A stretch of 64,000 nt of DNA, from NCBI GenBank assembly GCA_965247985.1, contig OZ252051.1:3708240-3772239 (forward strand), in the 5' to 3' direction. This DNA is from an uncultured Candidatus Binatia bacterium (GTDB taxonomy: Bacteria; Desulfobacterota; Binatia; Bin18). Made by a program: the position numbers and the translations under genes. Positions 1-9,555 of this stretch are shown piece after piece; within the stretch, counting starts at the first letter, position 1, and each line of letters begins with the position of its first letter. The notes under the pieces were generated by a model that did not search any database, was not told the DNA's origin, and saw nothing but the letters and a program-made list of their open reading frames with translations.

Positions 1-680
1 GGAGTAACCAGGTCCGCTTGCTTACGAGCTTCGAGCACACGCTGGTTGAAAAACATGAAACCCAGTCCCGGCGGAGTCATGAGGCCTTTCTGGCTGCCCG
101 CCACCATCAGGTCTACGCCCCAGCTATCCATTTCAAAGGGTTCACAGGCCAAGCTGGCCATGGAGTCGACCATGTACAAGGCCGGGTGCCCGGAGGAACG
201 GATGCACTCGCCCAGGGCGGCGATATCGTTTCTCACCGAACTGGCCGTGTCCGTTTGCACGACCAGAATCGCTTTGTAGCTACGGTTCGAATCGGCTTTC
301 AGCTTGGCTTCTACCTGATCTATGTCCACCGGAGCCGATTTGCCGAAATCTACCAGGTCGACTTCCACCCCTAGCCGTTCAGCCATGTTGGCCCAGAAGA
401 AGGCGAAGCGTCCCGTAGCCAGGGCAAGCACCCTGTCCCCGTGCGAGAGGGTGTTGGTCAGGGCTGCCTCCCAGGTGCCGTGCCCGTTGGCGATGTAGAT
501 GGCGACTTCCCCGGAACTCTTGGCCACCCGGTTCAAATCCGGAATCATGCCTTCCACCATTTCGTGGAGGACGCCCTCATAGATATTCGGCGCAGCTTGG
601 TGCATTGCCTGCAGGACGCGGTCCGGAATCACCGAAGGACCCGGAATGGCAAGATAGTGACGGCCATGGCTTAATGACAT
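1..680 (-). CDS. Class V aminotransferase (serine-glyoxylate/alanine-glyoxylate aminotransferase-like), 3' end cut by the window edge
   Basis: Minus-strand translation from ATG at 678-680 gives MSLSHGRHYLAIPGPSVIPDRVLQAM... The reading frame is open to position 1 and matches the class V PLP aminotransferase N-terminus. It is absent from the ORF track because it runs off the edge. Confidence 0.65.
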   Translation of the reverse strand, partial: MSLSHGRHYLAIPGPSVIPDRVLQAMHQAAPNIYEGVLHEMVEGMIPDLNRVAKSSGEVAIYIANGHGTWEAALTNTLSHGDRVLALATGRFAFFWANMAERLGVEVDLVDFGKSAPVDIDQVEAKLKADSNRSYKAILVVQTDTASSVRNDIAALGECIRSSGHPALYMVDSMASLACEPFEMDSWGVDLMVAGSQKGLMTPPGLGFMFFNQRVLEARKQADLVT

Positions 681-769
681 AGAATTCCTCGGAAGCAAAT
701 TAAGAGAGATCAAAAATTTCACAAAATGATAGCATCTGCAAATCTGCGTGCAACGGTTATCGCACGCGA

Positions 770-1759
770 TCAAAGCTGCGGCGCTACCTCAGAAAGAAAG
801 CGCGCGAGCTGCCCCTTCTGGTCGTATGAGGGGAAACGGATGATCATCGTTTGCACGCCGGCCGCGTCGAACGCGCGCAGCCGCTCCGCACACTCTGCGG
901 GTGCACCGTAGCCGGTCCATACGTTCACTTTCCATTCCGGCCAATCCGAACTGTAGTACTCATCGAGGAAACGCTTACTTTCCGTGTATGCGGCTGCACG
1001 GTCGTCGTTGATGTTGAGGTTGAAGTACATTGCATTTTCCATCCGCGCGGGCGCTCTGCCATGGTTAACGGTGGCGGTCAGAATCTCCTGCCAAGCCATG
1101 CTGAACTGTTTCGGCGTCGCACCTACTGTCATCCACCCGTCAGCAAGGCGCGCGACGCGGTCCACCTGCTTGCGGTTCGGACCCGAATTCGGGGTACCAA
1201 ACACCCACGGGTTGTTCGCAATCCAGATCGGAGGGCACGGTTTCTGCACCGGCTGCGGACGCACCGCAATGTCGTTGAAACGAAAGAATTGCCCCTCGAA
1301 GCTCGCTGGGTCTTCGGTCCACAACACGCGCAGCACCTCAATACCCTCCTCCATCCGAGCGACGCGCTCGCGCGGATTGATTTGCATCGCCTCGTACTCT
1401 GTATCGAATCCCCCGGCGATATGCCCTTTCGCGCCGCCACCACCGATGCAAGCCGTTAGCACCGTTCGGCCGTCGGCGAGGCAATCGAGCGCGCCCCACT
1501 GTGCCGCGAGTATGATGGGCTGGCGGAGCGGAAAGCTGGCCATACACGCCGTGCCGAGCCGGCAGCGCTGGGTTCGCCCGGCGAGGGCGGACAGCAGCGT
1601 CACCGATTCAAGCCGCGGCTTGGCGAGCAGGTTGTCACCGACCCGCAGGCTTTCGAATACGCCGGAGCCTTCGGCGTGCTCAGCGAGTTCAAGCAGTTCC
1701 GGCACCGTGGTCGCACCAAACACAACGCCCTGATTGGGCAGCAGCAATCCGAGTTTCAT
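770..1759 (-). CDS. LLM-class (luciferase-like) F420/flavin-dependent oxidoreductase
   Basis: The 357-aa ORF is trimmed to the internal start MKLGLLLPNQGVVFG. The TIM-barrel LLM family signature is present throughout. Confidence 0.7.
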   Translation of the reverse strand: MKLGLLLPNQGVVFGATTVPELLELAEHAEGSGVFESLRVGDNLLAKPRLESVTLLSALAGRTQRCRLGTACMASFPLRQPIILAAQWGALDCLADGRTVLTACIGGGGAKGHIAGGFDTEYEAMQINPRERVARMEEGIEVLRVLWTEDPASFEGQFFRFNDIAVRPQPVQKPCPPIWIANNPWVFGTPNSGPNRKQVDRVARLADGWMTVGATPKQFSMAWQEILTATVNHGRAPARMENAMYFNLNINDDRAAAYTESKRFLDEYYSSDWPEWKVNVWTGYGAPAECAERLRAFDAAGVQTMIIRFPSYDQKGQLARFLSEVAPQL

Positions 1760-1892
1760 AGTCTGTTCCTCTGAATTCTCACGAGATGGCGTCTTGGCGA
1801 CAGAATACAACGAGAGCCGATCAGACCCAAGGCGGTCTGGCACTAAAGGCTGGCCCCGGACACTGGAGCGAGCAAGGGTCCGGAACTATGGG

Positions 1893-2001
1893 AAAGTAGG
1901 GGTCCGACTCGACTTATCCACCCAAGCCATATGGAAGGATCATAAAGTGGGATATCCCCGCAGCATTTGCGGAAGGAGTCCCATTAGGCGAGTCGGACCC
2001 C
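1893..2001. repeat. MITE-like element copy 1 (~110 bp, terminal inverted repeats GGGGTCCGACTCG/CGAGTCGGACCCC)
   Basis: It is about 85% identical to the copy at 3087-3207. The termini are perfect inverted repeats. Confidence 0.55.
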
Positions 2002-2370
2002 ATATATCTTCAGCGGCCGCTACAAGAGTTCAGCCAAGGATACCAAGAAGCCGGCCGCCAGGCGCCTCCCCAAGGCCGAATGCGCTCAAAGCGTGCCGGT
2101 GTCAGCTGCAACGACTTGTTAGACGGCGGGCGTGCAGCTCACGATGGCCTACCGACCGGTGGCCCTGCGCGCGATCAGATAGCCCGCAATGCCGGCCAAG
2201 AGACCGGATGCGGCAATCGCGAAGAGGGTATCGAGGTCAAACATCAGTGCGCTCTGACGATGGGTCTCGCCGGTTGCGCGGGGAGCTCTGAGCCGTCGGG
2301 CGCTGTTCAGGGTGGACCCTCGGGAGTATTCCACGTCGCCTCCTGAATACTTCAAACCCTTAGGGTGATC

Positions 2371-2766
2371 TTAGTCCATAGCGATGGCTGATATTTCAAA
2401 CATAGCCCCCGGAGCATAGAGCTCGGTCACTCCATGCAGCGCACTACCCGTAGGAGTAGAATCGCCAAAGGCTTTAGTTAGCACATCTAAATTCGCATTA
2501 GTTTGTTGCACATCAGTAGTGTATATGAAGTAATGAACAATGTCAGGTAGATCCATGTCAGCTTCTTTCAGAACACGTTCCACATTGTCTATTGCCATGG
2601 CCATCTGTGCGCGCATATCACCTACGTGACAAGGTTCTCCTGTCTCTTCGTCCATCGCAACTTGGCCAGTAACAAACACAATTCGGGTATAGTCTTCTAT
2701 GATCTCTCCCTGAGGAACTCCAATGTTTTTGAAAAAAGGGGATATAGTGATAGGTGTTCTCTTCAT
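2371..2766 (-). CDS. RidA/YjgF family (reactive intermediate deaminase) protein
   Basis: MKRTPITISPFFKNIGVPQGE... matches the YjgF/chorismate-mutase-like fold. The gene sits in a locally low-GC (~45%) segment. Confidence 0.7.
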   Translation of the reverse strand: MKRTPITISPFFKNIGVPQGEIIEDYTRIVFVTGQVAMDEETGEPCHVGDMRAQMAMAIDNVERVLKEADMDLPDIVHYFIYTTDVQQTNANLDVLTKAFGDSTPTGSALHGVTELYAPGAMFEISAIAMD

Positions 2767-3086
2767 TCTTACTCCTTTCCACCTAAATGATAGGCTGTAT
2801 CTGTTTTCAGAATCGAAGCACTGAGAATTGGAGATAAGTATCATAAGGGCATGGCGTCTGCGAGCAGCGACTAAACATCACCCAGTGCTCGTCTTGGGCG
2901 CCCACCTCTCCCCTGTCTGTTGTCACCTGTGTAGAATGATCCCTTCCTTTCTCCGTCCACTCCCTTTCCAAAATCCCTTTGCCTTAGCCGCACTGTCTGG
3001 TTACGTTGGGTCCGCCTCGCTGGAGGGCCCTCAAAAGGGGGGAGGTTGTCACTGGATGTCGCAGTACGTCGAAGGACCAGATGCGA

Positions 3087-3207
3087 GAAAGTAGGGTCAG
3101 ACTCGACTTATCCACCCAAGCCATATGGAAGGATCATAAAGCGCTAGAGCCCCGCAGCATTGTTTCCTACCGCTGAGGAAGGAGTCCCATTAGTCGAGTC
3201 TGACCCC
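3087..3207. repeat. MITE-like element copy 2
   Basis: Direct-orientation copy of the 1893-2001 element. Its terminal inverted repeat is GGGTCAGACTCGACT, which carries a compensatory C>A change in both arms relative to copy 1. Confidence 0.55.
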
Positions 3208-3232
3208 AAATACCCTGCACATCACGGCACTG

Positions 3233-3264
3233 CTTCACAAGAGGCCAATAATTTGACAATGCCC
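3233..3264. mobile_element. IS6-family terminal IR plus subterminal remnant (right-end orientation)
   Basis: Its reverse complement is GGGCATTGTCAAATTATTGGCCTCTTGTGAAG. This matches the 30-bp end motif found next to the transposase start at 7518-7550 and again at 25807-25836. Confidence 0.4.
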
Positions 3265-3468
3265 TTATGAACCCCACGTTCGCATTTGCCTCTGTAAATT
3301 TGTACTATGCAATCATAATTTGGTCGCAGACAGCTTCCTTGGGGGACGGTGTTAGACGGCAAGGAGTTGCAGCGTGTACGGGTTGTGTGCGGCGGCCTGA
3401 TTGTAGTTCGAAGGTACGGGGCCGCTCATGCGATTTCATGAATTTAATGATCCGGAGGGTAGAGACTG

Positions 3469-3852
3469 ATGAATAGGAAACATGATGCGGGGGTCGCGAA
3501 GCACATCGGTACATACAGCGATGCGGTAGAGATTGATTCCGCACAACGAATTATCTATGTGTCCGGTACCCCCGGTATTGACGCGGACAGTGGCCACTTG
3601 CCGGACGACTTCGCCAAGCAAGCGGATCTCGCCTGGCGCAACGTCGTGAACATTCTCAAGCGGGCGGATATGGGTGTTGAAGATATCGTCAAACTGACCC
3701 AGCATCTTATTCGGCGGGAAGACTTGAAAATCTATCGAGAAATACGATCACGGTATTTGGGGACGTGCGCTCCAGCCTCAATGCTCACCCTACTCCCCGG
3801 TCTCGTTTGGCCGAATATGCTGATCGAGCTGGAGGTCGTGGCCGCGAAATGA
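3469..3852 (+). CDS. RidA/YjgF family protein (second copy)
   Basis: The 127-aa product ...IYVSGTPGIDADSGHL... has the endoribonuclease L-PSP-like fold. Confidence 0.7.
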   Translation: MNRKHDAGVAKHIGTYSDAVEIDSAQRIIYVSGTPGIDADSGHLPDDFAKQADLAWRNVVNILKRADMGVEDIVKLTQHLIRREDLKIYREIRSRYLGTCAPASMLTLLPGLVWPNMLIELEVVAAK

Positions 3853-3927
3853 AGCCAGGAAGGCCCTGTCAAGTTTTCGGAGGGAGAGCACGAAATTCAC
3901 TTACTGTGAGATAGGTTAGAGTCCTTT

Positions 3928-4188
3928 TTACGCAGGCATCCGATCCGTTGTCGCCACACGCCAGGTCATAAAGGCCCGTTCTCGAAACAGCCGATAGTGG
4001 GCTGCCTTCAAGAGATGGCGTCCAGTCCGAAAGAGATTATTGATGGGGCTGTGGACGGAAAGAAAGCGTTGGACGTGGCGTAGAGATTTAAAGCCGCGCA
4101 GCTGCCGTTCGCGTTGGCGGGTAGGCTGGTGCGACACCTCAGCGCGGTTGTTCGCATACCGTGTCGCACCCTCGGCTATATCGGGCAA
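3928..4188 (-). pseudogene. IS6-family (IS26-like) transposase, C-terminal fragment only
   Basis: ...YANNRAEVSHQPTRQRERQLRGFKSLRHVQRFLSVHSPINNLFRTGRH... aligns to the IS26 Tnp C-terminal region (NNVIECDHGKLKRIIGATLGFKSMKTAYATIKGIEVMRALRKGQ). The N-terminal ~160 aa are absent. Confidence 0.6.
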
Positions 4189-4203
4189 CAGGCTGCGGCC
4201 TGC

Positions 4204-5544
4204 TTACCCACAGACGTCCTGATTGAGATGGTCGCGGAGTGTGTCGCCGGTGTATTCGCGCCGGTGCCGCCCGCGCTTTTGCAATAGAGGTACGACCTCG
4301 TCCACGAATTCTTTGAGGTTGTTCGGCATGACTGTCGGTGTGATGTTAAAGCCGTCGCCACCGGTTTCATCGAGTATGGCTTCCATCTGGTCAGCGACTT
4401 GTTCAGGCGTCCCGACAATTTGTGGGCAGCCAATCGTTGCACCGTAGATTTTTCCGACTTCGCGCATGGTCAGTTTGTCTTTTCCTAAGTCGCCGGCCTT
4501 ATACATCTTGGTAAAAATATCCAATAAGCCCTGGATGCCTTCGACCTCGATGTCTTCAATCGGCTCATCAATATCGTACTGCGACAAATCATGGTTGGAG
4601 TGCCCAGAAAGGAGCGCGAGGCCGCCTTCATACGGGACCAATTCATTAAACTCTTGATGCCTGCGCTTCGCCTCTGCTTCGGTCCCACCCAGGATAGTCT
4701 GAATGCCCCAGATGTACTTGAGGCTGGATGGATCTCTTCCGTTTTTCTTTAACCTTCCCCGCATATCGTCGGCAAAAGACTTCAACGCACGCGTGGTGAG
4801 CTGCACACCAAATGCCGCCTCCGCATGCTTGGCGCAAAAGTCACGACCTGCATCTGACGCGCCCGCCTGAAAAAGTACGGGGTGCCCCTGCGGCGAGGGT
4901 TCAACCGCCGAAATACCGGGGCATGAAAACCATTTGCCTTTGTGATTGATCGGGTGGACTTTGCTGGCATCAACAAACACCCCCGTCTTCTTGTCCGCTA
5001 CGACCGCGTCTGGCTCCCAGCTATTCCATAATTTATGGCAGACCTCCATGTATTCGTCTGCACGCTCATAGCGCTCGGTGTGCGGGACCATTTTTTCCAT
5101 TCCAAGGTTCACGGCCTCGGCCACGTGGGCGGAGGTGACGATGTTCCATCCAATCCGCCCTTTGGTCAGATGGTCAAGCGTGCTCAATTTGCGCACCGCC
5201 ATGTACGGCTGGTAGTAGGTCAGGGACAGGGTCACCGCGTAACCGAGCCTCTCGGTCACAGCAGCCAGCATCGGAATGACCAAGGTCGGATCGTGCATGG
5301 GAAACTGGATGGCATGGGTGAGCGCTTCGTCCATCCGATTACGGTAATTCCCGAATGCCGCTAAGGTATCGGCAAAAAAGATTGCATCGAACTTGCCGCG
5401 TTCCAGCGTCCGCGCCATGTCCTGCCAGATTTCAGGTTTCGCAAACGAGCCGGCGACCTGGCTGTCAGGATGCAACCATGAGCCCACAGAATGATTCATC
5501 GGGCCAAACATCACAAAACCATTCAGATGCATCAATTTTTTCAC
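4204..5544 (-). CDS. NtaA/DszA/SnaA-family FMN-dependent LLM monooxygenase (446 aa)
   Basis: MKKLMHLNGFVMFGP... It has the ~440-aa length and motifs typical of nitrilotriacetate monooxygenase component A and DszA-type enzymes. Confidence 0.8.
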   Translation of the reverse strand: MKKLMHLNGFVMFGPMNHSVGSWLHPDSQVAGSFAKPEIWQDMARTLERGKFDAIFFADTLAAFGNYRNRMDEALTHAIQFPMHDPTLVIPMLAAVTERLGYAVTLSLTYYQPYMAVRKLSTLDHLTKGRIGWNIVTSAHVAEAVNLGMEKMVPHTERYERADEYMEVCHKLWNSWEPDAVVADKKTGVFVDASKVHPINHKGKWFSCPGISAVEPSPQGHPVLFQAGASDAGRDFCAKHAEAAFGVQLTTRALKSFADDMRGRLKKNGRDPSSLKYIWGIQTILGGTEAEAKRRHQEFNELVPYEGGLALLSGHSNHDLSQYDIDEPIEDIEVEGIQGLLDIFTKMYKAGDLGKDKLTMREVGKIYGATIGCPQIVGTPEQVADQMEAILDETGGDGFNITPTVMPNNLKEFVDEVVPLLQKRGRHRREYTGDTLRDHLNQDVCG

Positions 5545-5695
5545 GTTTGGGCTCCTCTCTCGTCATTATTGACTGTGTAATCCGTGCGCTTGGCGTCCCG
5601 AATACGCTGGGCGGCATTCATCATGGCATGAAGCTGATTGGCCGACACGCCCCGAGCCCGCATTCCGATCCGACTGCACGATTATCGACCGCGAT

Positions 5696-6040
5696 TCAGC
5701 TCGGCGGCGAGGCTTCAGCCAGCAGCCGTTCGGCATTTTTTAACGCCTGTTTGGCGTTGGTCTGCCAGCGATCAAGAGCCGTCGAGCGCTCATAGAATCC
5801 TGCGTTCGGACCGGTTTGGTCGATCGAATCCGTGCCCAGCATCCGCGAGTTGACCCCGTAGCAGGCCGAGGCGTGGTGAATGCGCACGAACGGGTAAGCA
5901 TCGTTCCAATGGCCGCCCGGACAGTGGCGCCGATCGACCATGACGACGGCAGCATCACACTCAGCGATGAGCGCGTCGGTAAACGCCATACCGGAAGCCC
6001 CGGCTCCGACGATAAGATAGTCAGTTTCGATCACGCTCAT
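5696..6040 (-). pseudogene. Flavin-containing monooxygenase / FAD oxidoreductase, N-terminal 115-aa fragment
   Basis: MSVIETDYLIVGAGASGMAF...VDRRHCPGGHW shows the Rossmann GxGxxG motif and the GGxW motif. The ORF stops after ~115 aa, and only 150 bp separate it from the next gene. Confidence 0.5.
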
Positions 6041-6264
6041 GATCCCCATTTCTCTTGATGACTGCGCCCCCCGATCCGGCTTGTGAGCCCCAAGTGCACG
6101 ACTCGGTTATACGTGAGTTCCCAGACTTGGAACAGAAGAGGCCTTGCAAACTTACTGTCTTTATCTTAGGGTCCTCCGCCCAGTAGAAGGCGGATAGGCA
6201 CTGTTCATCAGTCAGGTTAATAAAACGGCAACGTCTCCTTTCTTACTCTCATAAGCAACCCGTG

Positions 6265-6558
6265 CTACGCGGCCGGCTTGACGCTAAACTCCAACCCCAG
6301 CGCCTTGGCAATCTTCAGGACAGTACCAAGCTGTGGGTTGCCGTCTTCCGAGAGCGCTTTGTAAAGGCTCTCTCGACCCAAGCCAGTTTCACGCGCCAGG
6401 GCCGCCATGCCCTTGGCCCGGGCAATATTTCCCAGGGCCTTTGCCACAAACGCGGGATCCCCATCACACTCGGCGATGGATGCTTCCAGGTACGCGGCCA
6501 TTTCCTCTGGGGTGCGAAGATGTTCGGCAACATCGTAATCATAAATTTTCGTAGCCAT
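6265..6558 (-). CDS. Addiction-module antidote protein (HigA-like HTH antitoxin)
   Basis: MATKIYDYDVAEHLRTPEEMAAYLEA... It is family-typical and sits immediately downstream of the toxin with a 1-bp gap. Confidence 0.7.
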   Translation of the reverse strand: MATKIYDYDVAEHLRTPEEMAAYLEASIAECDGDPAFVAKALGNIARAKGMAALARETGLGRESLYKALSEDGNPQLGTVLKIAKALGLEFSVKPAA

Positions 6559-6559
6559 T

Positions 6560-6856
6560 TCAGACCTCCAGGCCCTGCAACAACTCATAGGCCAACTTAA
6601 TGTCCTTGGCCTGGCTCGATTTGTCTCCGCCGCAGAGCAGGATAACAAGTACATCCTGCCGCAGGGTGTAGTAGACCCGATAGCCAGGACCGATATCGAT
6701 CTTCAACTCAGAAAGGCCAGACTTCAGGTTCCGGTGTTGGCCGGGGTTCCCTTCCGCAAGGCGTTGGATCCGGGCCTGAATTCGGGCACGGCCCTGCAAA
6801 TCCTTGAGGCGATCCAGCCACCGAGTGAACTTCGAGGTTGCTTTGAGCTGAGCCAC
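6560..6856 (-). CDS. Addiction-module killer protein (RelE/ParE-superfamily, HigB-like toxin)
   Basis: ...AQLKATSKFTRWLDRLKDLQGRARIQARIQRLAEGNPGQHRNLKSGLSELKIDIGPGYRVYY... A GTG start is inferred and is uncertain. Confidence 0.6.
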   Translation of the reverse strand: MAQLKATSKFTRWLDRLKDLQGRARIQARIQRLAEGNPGQHRNLKSGLSELKIDIGPGYRVYYTLRQDVLVILLCGGDKSSQAKDIKLAYELLQGLEV

Positions 6857-7069
6857 GACAACAATCGTATCCCACAGGATACATATTGCAAGACTGTTCA
6901 AAGCGGGCGGGCCGTTCTTTCTACCTTCGAACGAGATCGCTTACCCGGAGCGGGACGCCATCGGGTAAAGCGAACAGTTCGGCTGTCCTCTCTCAGAATG
7001 CACCTACTGAGTCTGCTTCTCTTCAAGGGTTTTTACGTCTCTTTCGCTCAGCAGAGTTATTTCGGTAAT

Positions 7070-7489
7070 TCAAGGACACGGGCAGACAGAGGGGACGTAC
7101 TGCAATCCCTTCAGTAATTTACGGAAGGAGCGTTTGGCCGCCCCTGTGTTGCAGCGTTTCTGCACCAGAATATCGAGTGTCTGGCCATCCTGATCGACGG
7201 CCCGCCAGAGATAGTACCGCTTCCCTCGAATGCGGATGAACAACTCATCCAGGTGCCAGGTGTCGCTTGGTCGTCCTCGCCGGTGCCGTAACTTCTTCGC
7301 GAAGGCTTGGCCGAATTTGAGACACCACAGGCGGACCGCTTCGTAGCTGACGGTCACGCCGCGTTCGGCGAGCAGTTCCTCCACCTCACGAAAGCTGAGA
7401 CTAAAGCGATGGTACAGCCATACGGCGTGGCTGATAATATCAGGCGGAAAGCGATGCTTTCGATACAGACTTGTGCTACGAGAACGCAT
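7070..7489 (-). pseudogene. IS6-family transposase, N-terminal ~132-aa fragment
   Basis: ...DIISHAVWLYHRFSLSFREVEELLAERGVTVSYEAVRLWCLKFG...DTWHLDELFIRIRGKRYYLWRAVDQDGQTLDILVQKR aligns to IS26 Tnp residues 1 to ~130. The reading frame decays after that. Confidence 0.7.
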
Positions 7490-7517
7490 ACCCTCGTTAC
7501 GACATGGAAAGCCGCTA

Positions 7518-7550
7518 CTTCACAAGGGCCTCGTTCACTTGACAATACCC
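7518..7550. mobile_element. IS6-like left inverted repeat plus leader, belonging to the transposase fragment at 7070-7489
   Basis: Its reverse complement is GGGTATTGTCAAGTGAACGAGGCCCTTGTGAAG, and it lies ~60 bp upstream of the transposase ATG as in IS26. For comparison the IS26 IR is GGCACTGTTGCAAA. Confidence 0.5.
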
Positions 7551-7672
7551 ACGGTAGGCCTCTGCATGTAGTCGGGAAACTTTGCAGATTCCTTTGGTAG
7601 CCCTCACCGCATGGGAGGCCGACGCCGATATCATAAAGCGCTCTCAGGGTTAAAGCCGGAAAGGGAATAGCT

Positions 7673-8989
7673 ATGAATAAAATGATGCACCTGACGGGTT
7701 TTATGGTTCATTGTCCGGCACCCCACACTCTTCTCTCGTGGATATATCCACGAGAGAAGACGCGGCATTACTGGTATGAGCCTGAGTATTGGCAGACCAT
7801 TGCCCGCACCCTGGAGCGGGGTAAGTTTGATATGTTCTTTTTTGCCGACCAGCTAGCCGCCTATGATGCCTACAAAGGCAGCATGGAGCCCACTCTCCGT
7901 TATGCTCTTCAGTTTCCCATCCACGACCCGGTTGTTTTGGTCCCCGCCTTGTCGACGGTAACCGAAAAACTCGGGTTTGCCATTACCATGTCCGCCACTT
8001 ATTACGCTCCCTACATGTTGGTTCGGAAGCTCTCTACGCTAGACCATCTGACAAAAGGCCGCGTCGGCTGGAACATTGTCACCTCCTTTCACGGAAACGA
8101 AGCTCGGAACTTGGGCCTGGAGATGGTCATTCCTCATGATGAGCGGTATGAGCGAGCCGAAGAGTACATGGAGGTGTGTTATCAGCTGTGGAACAGTTGG
8201 GACTCGGACGCAGTGGTAATGGACATGGAGAGGGGAGTGTTTGCTGATCCAACTAAGGTCCGGAAGATAGACTTTAAGGGTAGATGGTTTCAGTGTACGG
8301 GACCGTCGAGTGTCATGCCTTCACCGCAAGGCCATCCAGTGCTCATCCAGGCCGGCGCATCGGGCCGAGGCCGGGAGTTTGCCGCCAAGCACGCGGAGTG
8401 CATTTTCGGGCTGCAACGCACCCCCCAAGCGATGCGTGCGTTTGCCGACGACATGCGGGCTCGGGCTAAAAAGTACGGCCGCAAACCTGAAGACATCAAA
8501 ATTCTCTGGGGGGTGATTCCTATTGTGGGGAAGACAGAAGAGGAGGCCAAGGCAAAAAAGCGGGCCGGTCTTGAACGCATTCCGATTGAGGCCGGGCTAG
8601 CACTGATGTCGGGTCATTTCAATTACGATCTGTCACAGCTGGATTTGGACCAGCCATTTGAGAACCTTGAAGTGCCAGGTATCCAGGGCATGGTGGATAT
8701 CTTCACTCAGCAGCCCGGGAAAAAACCAACGTTGCGGGAGGTAGCCACCCTCTATGGAGCAGGGATAGCTATGCCGCATCTTATAGGTACGTCGGAGCAG
8801 GTGGCCGACCAGCTAGCCTACTTGCACAAGGAAGGTGGGGGCGATGGGTTCCAATTCAGCCCGGCCTACTATGGGCCGGATTACTTTGAAGAGATAGTAG
8901 ACTTGCTCATTCCGGTGTTGCAGAAGCGGGGATTGTTTCGGAAGGAGTATGAAGGCGGAATCCTGCGGGAGCATTTGCAGCAGTATTAG
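7673..8989 (+). CDS. NtaA/DszA-family FMN-dependent LLM monooxygenase (438 aa), paralog of 4204-5544
   Basis: MNKMMHLTGFMVHCP... The whole length aligns closely with the 4204-5544 protein. Confidence 0.8.
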   Translation: MNKMMHLTGFMVHCPAPHTLLSWIYPREKTRHYWYEPEYWQTIARTLERGKFDMFFFADQLAAYDAYKGSMEPTLRYALQFPIHDPVVLVPALSTVTEKLGFAITMSATYYAPYMLVRKLSTLDHLTKGRVGWNIVTSFHGNEARNLGLEMVIPHDERYERAEEYMEVCYQLWNSWDSDAVVMDMERGVFADPTKVRKIDFKGRWFQCTGPSSVMPSPQGHPVLIQAGASGRGREFAAKHAECIFGLQRTPQAMRAFADDMRARAKKYGRKPEDIKILWGVIPIVGKTEEEAKAKKRAGLERIPIEAGLALMSGHFNYDLSQLDLDQPFENLEVPGIQGMVDIFTQQPGKKPTLREVATLYGAGIAMPHLIGTSEQVADQLAYLHKEGGGDGFQFSPAYYGPDYFEEIVDLLIPVLQKRGLFRKEYEGGILREHLQQY

Positions 8990-9111
8990 GACCACAACGA
9001 CGATTTGGAGTTCTTCCGGGTCGAGTTGTTCAGATTTTGTTCCCTATCCTGATCACTTGACAGTGCGGGGCCTCATTACTCTTCGATGATTTCGATTGCG
9101 AACTCGGGGCA

Positions 9112-9543
9112 TCATTCAAGGGGCAGCTGAGGTTTAAATTTAGGCAGCGTCACGTCGTCACTGACAGTGTCGAACCAGACTTCAACCGGCATACCGACTT
9201 GGAGCTCGTCAGGCACTACTCCCGTCACCCACGTTGTGAGTCGCGGCCCCTCATCCAGTTCGACCACCACTGCTGCATATGGAACGTCCTCGGCGAATGC
9301 CGGGTCGAGCGCCTGATACACGGTCGTCCAACAATAGACCGTGCCTGTTCCTTTCGTCGGAGCCCATTCCCACTCCAGGGAGTGACAACCGGTGCACATG
9401 GGCCGCGGCGGATGACGCCACGTTCCACACTGCTGACAGCATTGAAAGCGCAGCTCCCGCTGCTGACACCAGTCATAGAATTCCTTTGTGTAGCCCCCTA
9501 AGACGGGCAATCGAACAAGCGGTGTTGCATTCTCAGTCGTCAT
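9112..9543 (-). CDS. Zn-ribbon / OB-fold protein (DUF35), thiolase partner
   Basis: CQQCGTW...CTGCHS forms a zinc ribbon followed by an OB fold. It lies immediately downstream of the thiolase-like gene. Confidence 0.7.
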   Translation of the reverse strand: MTTENATPLVRLPVLGGYTKEFYDWCQQRELRFQCCQQCGTWRHPPRPMCTGCHSLEWEWAPTKGTGTVYCWTTVYQALDPAFAEDVPYAAVVVELDEGPRLTTWVTGVVPDELQVGMPVEVWFDTVSDDVTLPKFKPQLPLE

Positions 9544-9555
9544 GTTGCGACTCCC

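Noticed and set aside
289-300. GGTTCGAATCGG, resembling a tRNA T-arm
   Set aside because: It lies inside the aminotransferase coding frame with no surrounding cloverleaf. No convincing tRNA is seen anywhere in the window.
984-2291. Long ORFs antisense to or overlapping annotated genes (for example 984-1733, 1734-2291, 11642-12271, 24826-25677, 26636-27625, 48177-48941, 44751-45644)
   Set aside because: They are typical high-GC antisense open frames, rich in Arg, Pro and Ala, with low complexity and no domain signatures.
7541-7546. TTGACA within the repeated motif interpreted as sigma70 -35 promoter boxes
   Set aside because: No properly spaced -10 hexamer follows in any copy. Copies occur after gene ends (9053, 16198). 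Extended 30-bp similarity and adjacency to transposase N-termini favour IS terminal repeats.
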